Of a stretch of 64,000 bases of DNA, positions 44,969 to 55,588 are shown piece by piece. The notes below the pieces were generated by a model that was not told the DNA's origin, searched no databases, and saw only the letters and a program-made list of their open reading frames with translations. The DNA lies in the NCBI GenBank assembly GCA_965116355.1, contig OZ220679.1:926669-990668 (forward strand). Reading direction: 5' to 3'. Source of the DNA: Dehalococcoidia bacterium. Its GTDB lineage: Bacteria; Chloroflexota; Dehalococcoidia; Lucifugimonadales; UBA1127. Position numbers and translations under genes: made by a program. Every line of letters begins with the position of its first letter. Position 1 is the first letter of the stretch.

Positions 44969-46381
44969 CTACGCGCCCCGCGCCGGCCACGCCGCCTCGT
45001 GGTGGCCGAGCGGCGCCGTCGGCCGCTCCCACCGCGCCGCCGTCTCCGACAGCTCGACCACCGGCGCCAGGTGCCGCAGCGACCCGGCCGGCGTCTCGCT
45101 CGTCGTCGACCACCGCTCGACTTCGTCGCCGGAAAAGTCCTCCGGCACGCCCGCCAGCGCCGACTCCGGGACCTGCCCGCGGTTCACCAGCCACCGCCCC
45201 GTCTGCGCCAGCGACGCCCGCACCAGCCAGCTGCCGCCCTCCGTCGCCCGGCGGTGCAGCGCCACCATCGTCCCGAAGGCCATCAGGTACCCCGTCAGAT
45301 AGTCGATGGCAGAGACCGGGTAGAACTGCGGCCCCGGGGCCTCGCCCGGGAACAGCTCCCCCTGCCGGTCCGTGATGCCGCTCACCGTCTGGATCACCGT
45401 GTCGAACCCGCGGCGGCCCGCCCACGGCCCCACGCGCCCGAAGGCCGACAGCGACACGTACACCAGCCCCGGCCGCAGCCCCGCCAACTCCTCCGGCGAG
45501 AGCCCACGCTCCGCCAGCGTCCCCGGCCGGTAGCCCTGCGAGAACACGTCCGAATCCCGCACCAGCCCTCGCAGCGTCTCCCGGTCCGCCGACTCCCGAA
45601 GATCCAGCTGCGCCGAGAGCTTTCCGTGGCCCGTGTCCATCTCCTGCCCCGGGTGGCTCGGCAGGTGCGCGCCAGTGATACGAAGCACGTCGGCCCCGTG
45701 CTCGGCCAGCGTTCGCGCGCAGCTTGGGCCCGCCAGCACCCGCGTCAGGTCGAGCACCCGCACGCCAGAGAGCGGCCTTGCGCCCTCCGGAAGCGGCTCC
45801 GGCGGGCTGTCCCCGATCTTGTCGATCTCGATCAGCGGCAGCGTCGCCACCGCGGCCGACTGCGGGTGCTCGGCCCACTCCGCCATCGAGCGCACCATGC
45901 CGCCCGCGCCCTTCGCCGCGATGATCGCCTCCTCCAGCTCCAGCCCCTTCCACGCCGAGACCGCCTTCGCGACCGCCGCCCGGTCCTCCTCGACGCCCAG
46001 CACGCCCAGCGCCGCGTCCCGGTGGTTGACGAAGTTGCAGTGCAGGTAGCTCCAGCGCCCGTCGGCCGTCGGGAACACGCCCGACACCGGCGCCCGCTCG
46101 CCCGGCACCCGCTCGCCGTCCAGCTTCATGTACCGGCTGCTCCGCAGCGACGCCGTCGCCCGCCGCGCGTCGACGGCCACCGACTGCTTCCGCCCCGTCC
46201 GCAGCTCCCACAGCGCCGACGCCGCCAGCCCGACGGCTCCCACCGCCGCAGCCGACGTCTCGCCGATGCGGAAGGACGTCGGGAGAATCGGGTCCGTCCC
46301 CCCGGAAAACTCCACCCCGGCGGACAGCCCGGCGTTCCAGCCGACGGACATCAGGATGCTCGATAGCGCCTGGTCGGACAT
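44969..46381 (-). CDS. Family III CoA-transferase (CaiB/BaiF-like)
   Basis: GVRVLDLTRVLAGPSCARTLAEHGADVLRI and related blocks. Start is uncertain (46381, 46441 or 46456). Confidence 0.75.
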   Translation of the reverse strand: MSDQALSSILMSVGWNAGLSAGVEFSGGTDPILPTSFRIGETSAAAVGAVGLAASALWELRTGRKQSVAVDARRATASLRSSRYMKLDGERVPGERAPVSGVFPTADGRWSYLHCNFVNHRDAALGVLGVEEDRAAVAKAVSAWKGLELEEAIIAAKGAGGMVRSMAEWAEHPQSAAVATLPLIEIDKIGDSPPEPLPEGARPLSGVRVLDLTRVLAGPSCARTLAEHGADVLRITGAHLPSHPGQEMDTGHGKLSAQLDLRESADRETLRGLVRDSDVFSQGYRPGTLAERGLSPEELAGLRPGLVYVSLSAFGRVGPWAGRRGFDTVIQTVSGITDRQGELFPGEAPGPQFYPVSAIDYLTGYLMAFGTMVALHRRATEGGSWLVRASLAQTGRWLVNRGQVPESALAGVPEDFSGDEVERWSTTSETPAGSLRHLAPVVELSETAARWERPTAPLGHHEAAWPARGA

Positions 46382-46499
46382 ATCTATGGACGCTCCATAG
46401 TCGCAGTATGCCTCTGGATGGCCTGGATTATATGCGGGCATACATCCAGGCGCCATTTCCTGCCCGCTCACCGCCTCGACCGCACCGGCGCCGGGGGCG

Positions 46500-47045
46500 T
46501 CACCGCCCGCCATTGGCCTCGTCCGCGCTGCGCTTAGCCTCGTGGGCCTTGCGGACCTCCTCCACCAACCTCTCCACCGGCTCCCGCTCTTCGCTGTGGC
46601 CGAAGTACACAGGCTCGCTGTTGAAGTCCACTGATACCGCGGCGCAGTGCATGCTCCGCTTTCGCGTACCCTTGTCGCCCAACCACTCCCCTACACCAAA
46701 CGCCGTGATCGCCATCACGATAACCCCGAGGTGCATTCCCCATGCGATCCCTGATCTAGGCTCAAAGGGTTCGCAGTTTAACGTGCCGCCGCTAGGTCCT
46801 CCTTGACAGCTCTCGATGGAGATGCCCACCCAATGCAGGAGGTGTGCCCCCAGTGCGAACAGGAAAAACCCAGAAGCGACAAGGGCCGTAATGCTCCCGC
46901 TCCCCATGAACAGACCGCCGGGCGCTTTCAGGAACCAGTTTGACCCGCCCGTTTTCACGGTCTGGCGGTCAGCCCAAACCGACGAAATCCTTTCGAGGGC
47001 AATGGTCCTGTCAGGAAGCTTCAGGATCCGCCGCGAAAGCAGCAC
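46500..47045 (-). CDS. Hypothetical membrane protein
   Basis: Two hydrophobic segments (ITALVASGFFLFALGAHLL, GVIVMAITAFGVG). No recognisable catalytic motif. Confidence 0.45.
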   Translation of the reverse strand: MLLSRRILKLPDRTIALERISSVWADRQTVKTGGSNWFLKAPGGLFMGSGSITALVASGFFLFALGAHLLHWVGISIESCQGGPSGGTLNCEPFEPRSGIAWGMHLGVIVMAITAFGVGEWLGDKGTRKRSMHCAAVSVDFNSEPVYFGHSEEREPVERLVEEVRKAHEAKRSADEANGGR

Positions 47046-47171
47046 CCCTCTGTCCTGGTAGAGCGTCTCATCCGGTGCGGGAGCAGCAGCCCGCCTTGCG
47101 GCGGGCTGCCCTTCGGCGTCGGTTTCCCGGTTCGCCGTCTCTACTGCCTGCTCGGTGCGCGGCGTCCGCGA

Positions 47172-48257
47172 TTAGGCCTGTTCCGGCGCCGCCCTGGCCG
47201 GACGCTCCGCCGCGGGCTCCGGCGCGCCCTCGGGCCGCCAGGTCAGGTCCCAGAACGGAGAGGACAAAAAGAAGCGCCAGGCCGCGTTCAGGTCGCGATC
47301 CCTGATAGGGCCCGGCTCACCGGAGCGAAACCACCGTGGAGCCGGGGCCGCCAGCCACGGCTGGGCCGCATCCAGCGCGATGGCATAGGTCAAGCTGGAA
47401 TCGTCCCCGTCCCCGCCGTCCGCCGGTTCAGACCCGGACAGGAGTTCCCTGAAACCAAGCCACTGGCCTATCGCATCTTCCCCCGCTCGCGTTGGCTGCA
47501 GCACGCCCCCGTGGATCGGCGACGCAATCAACATGTACGTGAAGCCAATGACCGCGCCCAGAATGGCGTTCACCCACCAGGGCAGCCAGAGGGCCAGCCA
47601 AAGCCCGCCCGCAACGCCCATCAAGGCCCCGGCCAGAATTGCCCACTCCTCTCCCTCCCCGAATTTCTCCCTCTTTACCCGCAGCGGGTTGTCATGGAAA
47701 AGGCCCTGGGACTGCAGGAACTCTCCCAGATCGTCGCCGATGGCATCCTTGTGCTCGTACATCCCGTCGCGCAGCGCCTTGACCGATGTGGGGCCGGACG
47801 GCAAGCTGTCGCATATCAACCGTTCCCAGTCAAACGGCGCGGAGCCCTGTTGCGACAGCCGGTACCCGTAGCGGTCACCCGTTCTGACACAGTCCAGTTG
47901 CAACGTGCCGCGCTGGGCCATCTCGACTATCGCCGCCAGCAGCGTCCGGCCGTTGACCTCCCGGTCTTCCAGCACCGACACCGCCGCCGCCGGCAACACT
48001 GTGAGCTCACGCTCCACCAATTCCGCTGAGTCCCTGTACCTAGTCCTCCGCGAGGGCCGGTACTTGAGCCACAGCACCAGCATGAGCAGCAGCGCGACGC
48101 CGACGCCTATGACACGGAAGCCCCAGGCGATCAGGTGCTTCCAGTCCATGTCCCTGTAGTCCGGGAAGCCGCTCTCGGCGATAGCCCCGCCGGGATCCAC
48201 CGCCAGCAACAGGCCAATGACGGCAAGGGTCGCCAGGGTTGCCCACAGCTTCTCCAT
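47172..48257 (-). CDS. Predicted membrane protein, DUF2207-like
   Basis: N-terminal signal/TM, a central soluble region, and C-terminal TM pairs (WAILAGALMGVAGGLWLALWLPWWVNAILGAVIGFTYMLIA). ATG 48257 follows GAGAGGGAA. Confidence 0.5.
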   Translation of the reverse strand: MEKLWATLATLAVIGLLLAVDPGGAIAESGFPDYRDMDWKHLIAWGFRVIGVGVALLLMLVLWLKYRPSRRTRYRDSAELVERELTVLPAAAVSVLEDREVNGRTLLAAIVEMAQRGTLQLDCVRTGDRYGYRLSQQGSAPFDWERLICDSLPSGPTSVKALRDGMYEHKDAIGDDLGEFLQSQGLFHDNPLRVKREKFGEGEEWAILAGALMGVAGGLWLALWLPWWVNAILGAVIGFTYMLIASPIHGGVLQPTRAGEDAIGQWLGFRELLSGSEPADGGDGDDSSLTYAIALDAAQPWLAAPAPRWFRSGEPGPIRDRDLNAAWRFFLSSPFWDLTWRPEGAPEPAAERPARAAPEQA

Positions 48258-48671
48258 AGGTTCCCTCTCTTCCTGCCCTCGCAAGCCTCCATGCGCCGCG
48301 TCCGAGTTGTACGGCTTGCGCCCGATGGTGCAGGACGTCCCTATGCTTCATACAGACAACCGGAACCTTGGCGCACATTCTAACAAAAATACTGATGAAA
48401 GCCTTCCGGAGAAAGAGGCGACCACTCGCCCTGCCGTTACTCCCGCGACAGGAACTTTCATGCTGTCTGGAACGCGCACTTTCAACGTAATGCTTATGCA
48501 TCGGATTGGCGCCGGGAGAGTCCGGCGTCCTGCGGGAGTAGTACAATACGCAGCATCACCCCCATAGGGGGATGTGTGCCCGGCCCGGTTCGTCCCTGGC
48601 CGAGGGTGTGGGAGGCCGACGTGCAGGGCCCGTTCTGGTGGAGGACACGGCTCAAGCTCCCTTGGCGCGGC

Positions 48672-49313
48672 ATGCAACAGGACCGCGATCGCCTTCTGAG
48701 GCGGCTCGCCGCTCGCTTCCCCGCCCGCGTCGTCGACGCCATCGCGCAGACCCCGCGCGAGGATATGGTCCCGTCCGAGTACCGGGACCTCGCCTACCGC
48801 GATGGGCCCCTCCGGATCGGCCACGGCCAGACCATCTCCCAGCCCACAATGGTCGCCATCATGACCGAGGCGCTCGACCCGCAGCCGTGGGAGCGCGTCC
48901 TCGAGGTCGGCGCCGGCAGCGGCTACCAGGCCGCCGTGCTCGCGCGGCTCGCCTCCCACGTCGTGACGGTCGAGCGCGTACCGGAACTGGCGCAGCTCGC
49001 CGCCCGGCAGTTGGATGCCCTCGGCTATGCGGACCGCGTCACCGTCCGCACGGCCGGCGACACCCTCGGCTGCCCGGAGGAGGCCCCCTTCGACGCCATC
49101 ATGGTCTCCGCCGCCGCGCCGTCGCCGCCCAGCACACTGCTCGACCAGCTCACGCCCGGCGGGCGACTCCTCGTCCCCGTCGGCCCCCGCAAGGAGCAGC
49201 GTCTCCTGCTCCTCACCCGCACCGCGGACGGCCACACCACCCGCTTCTGCGGCGAGTGCCGCTTCGTTCCGCTCATCGGCCCCGGCGCCTGGCCCGAGGG
49301 GGACTCCGAGTAG
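48672..49313 (+). CDS. pcm: Protein-L-isoaspartate O-methyltransferase
   Basis: GHGQTISQPTMVA and VLEVGAGSGYQAAVLA. Confidence 0.85.
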   Translation: MQQDRDRLLRRLAARFPARVVDAIAQTPREDMVPSEYRDLAYRDGPLRIGHGQTISQPTMVAIMTEALDPQPWERVLEVGAGSGYQAAVLARLASHVVTVERVPELAQLAARQLDALGYADRVTVRTAGDTLGCPEEAPFDAIMVSAAAPSPPSTLLDQLTPGGRLLVPVGPRKEQRLLLLTRTADGHTTRFCGECRFVPLIGPGAWPEGDSE

Positions 49314-49360
49314 CTGGACATCGTGGCGTGTCCGTTGCCCCGTGCTATACTGTGCGGACT

Positions 49361-50290
49361 ATGGCAAATGTTGGCTTGCAGACAAAACATCTGTTGTCGA
49401 TGGCAGACCTCACCCCGTCGGAGGTCTGCGCCCTCGTCGAGCGTGCCCGCGACATCAAGCGCGACCCTGACTCTGCCAAGCCGATGGCGGGCAAGACGGT
49501 CGCCCTCCTCTTCGAGAAGCCGTCCCTGCGCACCCGTGTCAGCTTCGAGATCGGCGTCGCCAACCTCGGCGGCAACTGCATCTACCTCAGCCCGGCCGAG
49601 GTCGGCATCGGCGGCCGCGAGGCCGTGAGCGACGTCGCCCAGGTGCTCTCCCGCTACGTCGACTGCATCGTCTACCGCTGCTTCGCCCACGCAACCCTCG
49701 TCGAGCTCGCCCAGTACGCCTCCGTGCCCGTCATCAACGCCCTCTCCGAGGACGAGCACCCCTGCCAGACCCTCGCCGACCTCACGACGGTGCTGGAGCA
49801 GCGCGGTTCCCTCCCCGGCACGACCCTCGCCTACGTCGGCGACGGCAACAACGTCGCCCGCAGCCTCGGCATCGGCTGCGCGTCCGTCGGCATGCACTAC
49901 CGCATCGCCTCGCCCGAAGGCTACGGCCTCACCCCCGGCGACCAGCGCGCCATCGAGGCCATCGCCGCCGCCAACGGCGGCAGCGCAACGTTCGTCCGTG
50001 ACCCCCGCGAGGCCGTCGACGGCGCCAACGTCGTCTACACCGACGTGTGGGCCAGCATGGGCCAGGAGGAAGAGGCCGCCGTCCGCCGTGAGGTCTTCAT
50101 GGAGTACCAGGTCAACCCGGAGCTCATGGCCCACGCCGCCCCGGATGCCGTCTTCATGCACGACCTGCCCGCCCACTACGGCGAGGAGGTCCCCCACGGC
50201 TTCCTGGACGGCCCCCAGTCCGTCGTCTTCGACCAGGCCGAGAACCGCCTGCACGCGCAGCAGGCGCTCCTGGAGGCCCTCTTTGGCTAG
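49361..50290 (+). CDS. argF: Ornithine carbamoyltransferase
   Basis: FEKPSLRTRVSFE, HPCQTLADL, DVWASMG and FMHDLPA. Confidence 0.8.
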   Translation: MANVGLQTKHLLSMADLTPSEVCALVERARDIKRDPDSAKPMAGKTVALLFEKPSLRTRVSFEIGVANLGGNCIYLSPAEVGIGGREAVSDVAQVLSRYVDCIVYRCFAHATLVELAQYASVPVINALSEDEHPCQTLADLTTVLEQRGSLPGTTLAYVGDGNNVARSLGIGCASVGMHYRIASPEGYGLTPGDQRAIEAIAAANGGSATFVRDPREAVDGANVVYTDVWASMGQEEEAAVRREVFMEYQVNPELMAHAAPDAVFMHDLPAHYGEEVPHGFLDGPQSVVFDQAENRLHAQQALLEALFG

Positions 50291-50336
50291 GGCGGCGTCG
50301 ACCGAGGAGGCGAATACCGCGCAGAACGCGGGCGTG

Positions 50337-51659
50337 ATGCCCGTGGTCGCCATTGTCGGCCGCCCCAACGTCGGCAAGTCCACCCTCTTCAACCGCCTCA
50401 CCGGCCAGCGCCGCGCCGTTGTCGCCGATGAGGCCGGCACCACCCGCGACCGCGTCATCACCCCCATGGAGGGCCCCAACCGCAACTTCTTCCTCGTCGA
50501 CACCGGCGGCATCGACCTTGGCGCCGGCGGCCCCATCGGCGGCAAGGTCTACCGGCAGGTCCGCGCCGCCCTCGAGGACGCCGACGTCATCGTCTTCCTG
50601 ACCGACGCCGTCGACGGCCTGCAGCCCGCCGACGCGGAGATCGCCGACAGCCTCCGTCGCCTGAACGCGCCCATCGTCACCGCCGTCAACAAGACGGAGG
50701 GCACGCGCCGCCGCTTCAACGTCTCCGAGTTCTACAGCCTCGGCCTCGGCGACCCCATCCCCATCAGCGCCATCAAGGGCGAGGGCATGGCCGACCTCCT
50801 CGACGCCGTCGAGGACGAGCTGCCGCACGGGGGCGACGCGGAGCTCGACGAGGGCTTCCTCCGGCTCGCCATCGTCGGCCGCCCCAACGTCGGCAAGTCC
50901 AGCCTGATGAACGCCATCACCGGCGAGGAGCGCGCCATCGTCGACGAGACCCCCGGCACCACCCGCGACTCCCTCGACGCCTGGGTCAGCTACGACGGCA
51001 ACCCCCTCCTGCTCATCGACACCGCCGGCATGCGCCGCCGCGGCCACATCGTGCCGGGGCCGGAGAAGTTCAGCGTCCTCCGCTCCCTTCAGGCCATCGA
51101 GCGCTGCAACGTCGCCGTTCTCGTCATGGACGCCACGGAGCTCGCCACGTCCCAGGACGTCCACGTCGCCGGCTACGTCCTCGAGACCTACCACGCCATG
51201 CTCGTCGCCGTGAACAAGTGGGACCTCGCCCGGGAAATGGGCATGCGCGAGACCGAGGTCATCCAGGATATCCGCAAAAAGCTCCACTGGGCCCCCTACG
51301 TGCCCATCCACTTCGTCTCCGCCCTCACCGGCGAGGGGCTCGACAGCCTGCTGACCACCGCCCAGGAGCTCTACCACGAGCAGGCCACCGAGGTCGGCGC
51401 CGCCGAGCTCAACACGGTCCTTGTGGAAGCCATGGCCAAGCACCCGCCCCGGACCCTCGGGCGCCGCATCCTCCGCCTCTTCCGCGGCGAGCAGAGCCAG
51501 GTGCACCCGCTCGGCTTCACCCTCTACGTCAACACCCCGGAGATCGTGCACTTCTCCTACCGCCGCTACCTGCTGAACACGATCCGGAACGCCTTCTCCA
51601 TCCGACGCGTCCCCATCCGCCTCGAGCTGCGCAAGGGCGCGAGAAGGCGTGCGGCATGA
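50337..51659 (+). CDS. der: Ribosome-associated GTPase Der (EngA), two GTPase domains
   Basis: VAIVGRPNVGKSTLFNRL and LAIVGRPNVGKSSLMNAI, with DTGG/DTAG and NKxD motifs. Confidence 0.9.
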   Translation: MPVVAIVGRPNVGKSTLFNRLTGQRRAVVADEAGTTRDRVITPMEGPNRNFFLVDTGGIDLGAGGPIGGKVYRQVRAALEDADVIVFLTDAVDGLQPADAEIADSLRRLNAPIVTAVNKTEGTRRRFNVSEFYSLGLGDPIPISAIKGEGMADLLDAVEDELPHGGDAELDEGFLRLAIVGRPNVGKSSLMNAITGEERAIVDETPGTTRDSLDAWVSYDGNPLLLIDTAGMRRRGHIVPGPEKFSVLRSLQAIERCNVAVLVMDATELATSQDVHVAGYVLETYHAMLVAVNKWDLAREMGMRETEVIQDIRKKLHWAPYVPIHFVSALTGEGLDSLLTTAQELYHEQATEVGAAELNTVLVEAMAKHPPRTLGRRILRLFRGEQSQVHPLGFTLYVNTPEIVHFSYRRYLLNTIRNAFSIRRVPIRLELRKGARRRAA

Positions 51660-52321
51660 ACGAGATTGCCGTCTACGTGCTGGTGATCGCGGCGTCCTAC
51701 CTGTTGGGCGCCGTCCCGTGGGGCCTGCTCATCGGCCGTTGGAGCCGCGGCGTCGACATCCGCGAGACGGGCAGCGGCAACATCGGCAGCAGCAACGTGC
51801 TCCGCACCGCCGGCGCGAAGGCCGCCGTCGCCGCCCTCCTCCTCGACGTCGCGAAGGGCGCCGTCCCCGTCCTCGCCGCCCGCGCCATCGCCGACGCCGC
51901 CGGCATGACGAGCGCCCAGGGCGCGGGCCTGCAGGCCTCCGCCGCCTTGGCCGCCCTCGCCGGCCACAGCTGGCCCGTCTACCTGAAGTTCAGCGGCGGC
52001 AAGGGCGTCGCGACGGGCGTCGGCGGCCTCTTCGTCCTGTACCCGTTGGGCGGCCTCGTCGCCCTCGTCTCCGCCCTCGTCCTCATGCGCCTGACGCGCT
52101 ACATCTCGCTGGGCAGCATCATCGGCGTCACCATCGGCGCCGGCTCCCTCGTCCTCTTCTGGCTCCGCGGCGACTTCCACTGGGCCTACGCGCTCCACGG
52201 TCTCGTAGGCTGGGCGATCATCGTCGGCCGCCACCACGGCAACATCCGCCGCCTGCTCTCCGGCACCGAGGCCCGCCTCGGCGACTCCGCGGCCCCGCCG
52301 CAGCCGCAGCTCGAGGGGTGA
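51656..52321 (+). CDS. plsY: Glycerol-3-phosphate acyltransferase PlsY
   Basis: SYLLGAVPWGLLIGR...GSGNIGSSNVLR. ATG overlaps the der stop. Confidence 0.85.
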   Translation: MNEIAVYVLVIAASYLLGAVPWGLLIGRWSRGVDIRETGSGNIGSSNVLRTAGAKAAVAALLLDVAKGAVPVLAARAIADAAGMTSAQGAGLQASAALAALAGHSWPVYLKFSGGKGVATGVGGLFVLYPLGGLVALVSALVLMRLTRYISLGSIIGVTIGAGSLVLFWLRGDFHWAYALHGLVGWAIIVGRHHGNIRRLLSGTEARLGDSAAPPQPQLEG

Positions 52322-52323
52322 CG

Positions 52324-53340
52324 ATGACCCAGGTGACGGTGGTGGGCACGACGAGTTGGGGCACGACGCTCGGCATCCTCCTCGCGCGCCGCGGCGTCCC
52401 CGTCACCCTCCTCGCGCGCACCGCCGACGAGGGCGACGCTCTCGCCCGCGACGGCGAGAACCGCCGTCTGCTCCCCGGCGTCGCCTTCCCGCACGCCCTC
52501 TCGCCATCGGCGGACGCCGGCGCGGCACTCGACGGCGCCGGCCTCGTCATCCTCGCCACGCCCGCCCAGCGCCTCCGCGAAAACGTGTCCACCCTGAAGC
52601 CACACGTCCGGCCCGACACCGTCTTCCTCAGCGCCATCAAGGGCCTCGAGCGCGACACCGGCCTGCCCATGACCCAGGTCCTCCGGGCCGAGCTCCCCGA
52701 GGCCACCGACGGCCGCGTGTGCGTCCTCTCCGGCCCCAACCTCTCCAAGGAAGTCGTGGAGGACAAGCCCTCCTCGGCTGTCATCGCCTGCTCGGACGCC
52801 TCCGTCGCAGAGTGGGTGCAGGAGCTCTACAACACGCCCACCTTCCGCGTGTACACCAACGATGACGTCATCGGCGTGGAGCTCGGCGGCGCGCTGAAGA
52901 ACGCAATCACCATCGCCGCCGGCATCAGCGACGGCCTCGGCTACGGCGCGAACGCGAAGGCCGCCCTCGTGACGCGCGGTCTGGCCGAGGTCACCCGCCT
53001 GGGCGTCGCGTGCGGCGCGAAGCCCCTCACCCTCTCCGGCCTCTCCGGCCTCGGCGACATGGCCGCGTCCAGCTTCAGCGACCTGAGCCGCAACCGCTAC
53101 GTGGGAGAGCAGGTGGGGCAGGGCAGGCCGTTGGAGGACGTGTTGGGAGGCATGGTGCACGTCGCCGAGGGTGTGGACACCATTCGCGCCGCCCTGCTCC
53201 TCGCGGAGAGGTATGGCATAGAGATGCCGATCACGGAAATGACGTCGCGCATCCTCTTTGAGGGCGTTGACCCGCGGGAGGCCACCGCGCGGCTGCTGAA
53301 CCGCACCCCCGGCCAGGAGTGGCCGCCCGCGCTCGCCTAG
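52324..53340 (+). CDS. gpsA: NAD(P)H-dependent glycerol-3-phosphate dehydrogenase
   Basis: VTVVGTTSWGTTLG, SAIKGLE, GGALKNAI and GLGDM. Confidence 0.9.
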   Translation: MTQVTVVGTTSWGTTLGILLARRGVPVTLLARTADEGDALARDGENRRLLPGVAFPHALSPSADAGAALDGAGLVILATPAQRLRENVSTLKPHVRPDTVFLSAIKGLERDTGLPMTQVLRAELPEATDGRVCVLSGPNLSKEVVEDKPSSAVIACSDASVAEWVQELYNTPTFRVYTNDDVIGVELGGALKNAITIAAGISDGLGYGANAKAALVTRGLAEVTRLGVACGAKPLTLSGLSGLGDMAASSFSDLSRNRYVGEQVGQGRPLEDVLGGMVHVAEGVDTIRAALLLAERYGIEMPITEMTSRILFEGVDPREATARLLNRTPGQEWPPALA

Positions 53341-53350
53341 CCGCCGGGCC

Positions 53351-54289
53351 TCAGCCGGTCCGTCGAAACGACAGCGCCAGCCAGTCCTCCGTCTGCTGCG
53401 TCTCCAGCTCCTCGAACCCGGCCGCCAGCATTGCCTCCCGCACCTCGTCCCCGCGCTCCTCGAGCACGCCCGACGCGATCAGCGTCCCGCCCGGCCGCAG
53501 CGTCCCGGCAATCTCTCCAGCCAGCTCGACGAGCACCTTCGCCGAGATGTTCGCGACGGTCAGGTCGAGTCCCGTCGCCTGCGGATGGGGCAGCGTCCCC
53601 CGCGCTATCTTGACCCTGCGCGACAGCCCCGCCGCCTTCAGGTTTCGCCGCGACGACCGGATGGCGTCCGGCTCCGTGTCCAGCGCCAGCGCCCACTCGG
53701 CCCCAAGCAGCAGCGCCGCCTGCGCCAGCAGCCCGCTCCCCGTGCCGAGGTCGAGGATGCGCATCCCCGGACTGACGCGCCGTTCGAGCTGCTCCAGGCA
53801 CATGCGCGTCGTCGGGTGGTGGCCCGTCCCAAAGGCCAGCCCCGGGTCCAGCGTCAGCACGATGTCGCCCTCCTCGGCCTCGTGCTCGTGCCACGTCGGG
53901 ACGACCACCAGCCGCTGCCCGATACGCAGTGGCCGGAAGTGCGCCTTCCACGCCTCCTCCCACTCCCACGGTGAGACCGTGCGCACCTCCAGCGGCGAGA
54001 GCGGCTTGATCAGCCCCATGAGCTGCACGCCCGCCTGAATGCGCGCGACCCGGTCGGCCGAGCGCCGGTCCTGCGGCACGTACGCGCGCACGACGACGGG
54101 CCCGCCCGCCGGCGGCTCCTCGCCCTCGTCCGGGTTGAACCCGCCCGCCTCCTCGACGACGACCTGCCGGCGCCCGTACCGCTGAAACAGCTCCACCAGC
54201 GGCTCGACCAGCTCCGGTGACGCCTCGACGGACAACTCTAGCCAGTCCAATGGGCACACTCCATGAAGGAGGATGTTGATGGATAGCAA
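53351..54289 (-). CDS. prmA: Ribosomal protein L11 methyltransferase
   Basis: AFGTGHHPTT and ILDLGTGSGLLAQAAL. Start approximate. Confidence 0.8.
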   Translation of the reverse strand: MLSINILLHGVCPLDWLELSVEASPELVEPLVELFQRYGRRQVVVEEAGGFNPDEGEEPPAGGPVVVRAYVPQDRRSADRVARIQAGVQLMGLIKPLSPLEVRTVSPWEWEEAWKAHFRPLRIGQRLVVVPTWHEHEAEEGDIVLTLDPGLAFGTGHHPTTRMCLEQLERRVSPGMRILDLGTGSGLLAQAALLLGAEWALALDTEPDAIRSSRRNLKAAGLSRRVKIARGTLPHPQATGLDLTVANISAKVLVELAGEIAGTLRPGGTLIASGVLEERGDEVREAMLAAGFEELETQQTEDWLALSFRRTG

Positions 54290-54341
54290 ATTGCCGGTGT
54301 CACGCGGAGGGACTCCGGGATGAAGCTGACAACCACGCGGC

Positions 54342-55490
54342 CTAGCTGCTCTCCCCGGTCAGAACGTCCTTCAGCTTCCGGAACCACGACTTCACGCCGT
54401 TTGCCGCGTACGCCTCTTCGTCCTGCTCCAGCGACTCCGACAGCTCCTCGAACAGCTCCCGCGTGCGCGGGCTCATCTTCTGCGGCGTCATCACGGAGAC
54501 GAGGCCGATGAGATCGCCGTACCGCCCGTTGTGCAGGTTCGGCACGCCCTTGCCCCGCTTGCGCAGGATGGCGCCCGAGTGCACGCCGGCCGGCACCTCA
54601 AAGGTCTCCATCTCGCCGTCCAGCATAGGGATCTCGAAGGTCGTGCCAAGCGCCGCATTGGCAACGTTGAGCGGCAGGTCGAAGACCAGGTGCTCCTTGT
54701 CGCGGCGGAAGAACGGGTGTGGCTTCACCGTCAGGCTCACGAAGACGTCGCCCGGCCGGCCGCCGTTGACGCCCGCGTCGCCCTCGCCGGAGAGCCGGAC
54801 GCGCATGCCGTCCTCGACGCCCGCCGGCACGTTGACCATGACCTTCCGCGTCGACCGCTCCCGGCCGGAAGCCTTGCACGTCACGCATGGGGTCAGGATC
54901 ACCTTCCCAAGCCCCCGGCACGAGGAGCAGGCCACCACCTGCACAAACTGCCCAAAGACGCTGCTTTGCGTCCTGCGCACCTGCCCGGATCCGCCGCAGT
55001 TCGCGCAGTGCTCCTTGTCCGTGCCCGGCTCGGCCAATTCTCCGTTGCACCGGGAGCAGATCTCCTGTCGAGTGATCTGCACCTCGCGCTCCACGCCCAT
55101 CGCCGCTTCCTCGAAGCCGATGTTCATGGAGTACTGCAGGTCGCGGCCCTTCGCCGACGCATTGGCGTTGCCCCGGAACCCGCCGAAAAAGGCATCGAAG
55201 ATGTCCCCGACTCCGCCCGGAAAGTCGAACCCGTCGAACCCGCGCCCCGGCCACCCGCCGTTCGGGTCGATGTCCGCCCGCCCGAACCGGTCGTACATCC
55301 GCCGCTTCTCGGGGTCGATGAGGACCTGGTACGCCTCGTTGATCTCCTTGAAGCGCTCGGCGGCGTCCTTTGCCTTGTTTCGGTCCGGGTGCCACTCCAT
55401 GGCAAGCCCGCGAAACGCGCGGCGGATGTCCTCCTCCGTCGCGTCCCGCGACACGCCCAGGAGATTGTAGTAGTCCTTCTGCGTCGCCAT
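54342..55490 (-). CDS. dnaJ: Chaperone DnaJ
   Basis: J-domain DYYNLLGV...HPDRN, a G/F region, and four CxxCxGxG zinc motifs. Confidence 0.95.
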   Translation of the reverse strand: MATQKDYYNLLGVSRDATEEDIRRAFRGLAMEWHPDRNKAKDAAERFKEINEAYQVLIDPEKRRMYDRFGRADIDPNGGWPGRGFDGFDFPGGVGDIFDAFFGGFRGNANASAKGRDLQYSMNIGFEEAAMGVEREVQITRQEICSRCNGELAEPGTDKEHCANCGGSGQVRRTQSSVFGQFVQVVACSSCRGLGKVILTPCVTCKASGRERSTRKVMVNVPAGVEDGMRVRLSGEGDAGVNGGRPGDVFVSLTVKPHPFFRRDKEHLVFDLPLNVANAALGTTFEIPMLDGEMETFEVPAGVHSGAILRKRGKGVPNLHNGRYGDLIGLVSVMTPQKMSPRTRELFEELSESLEQDEEAYAANGVKSWFRKLKDVLTGESS

Positions 55491-55588
55491 AGGTCGTGTG
55501 GCTTCCCGTCTTCAATGTTGGGGGCACGTGGGCACATGCGGGTTCATTGTAACACGCGCCTGAGGCCTTCAAACGCCTCAGGCGAACC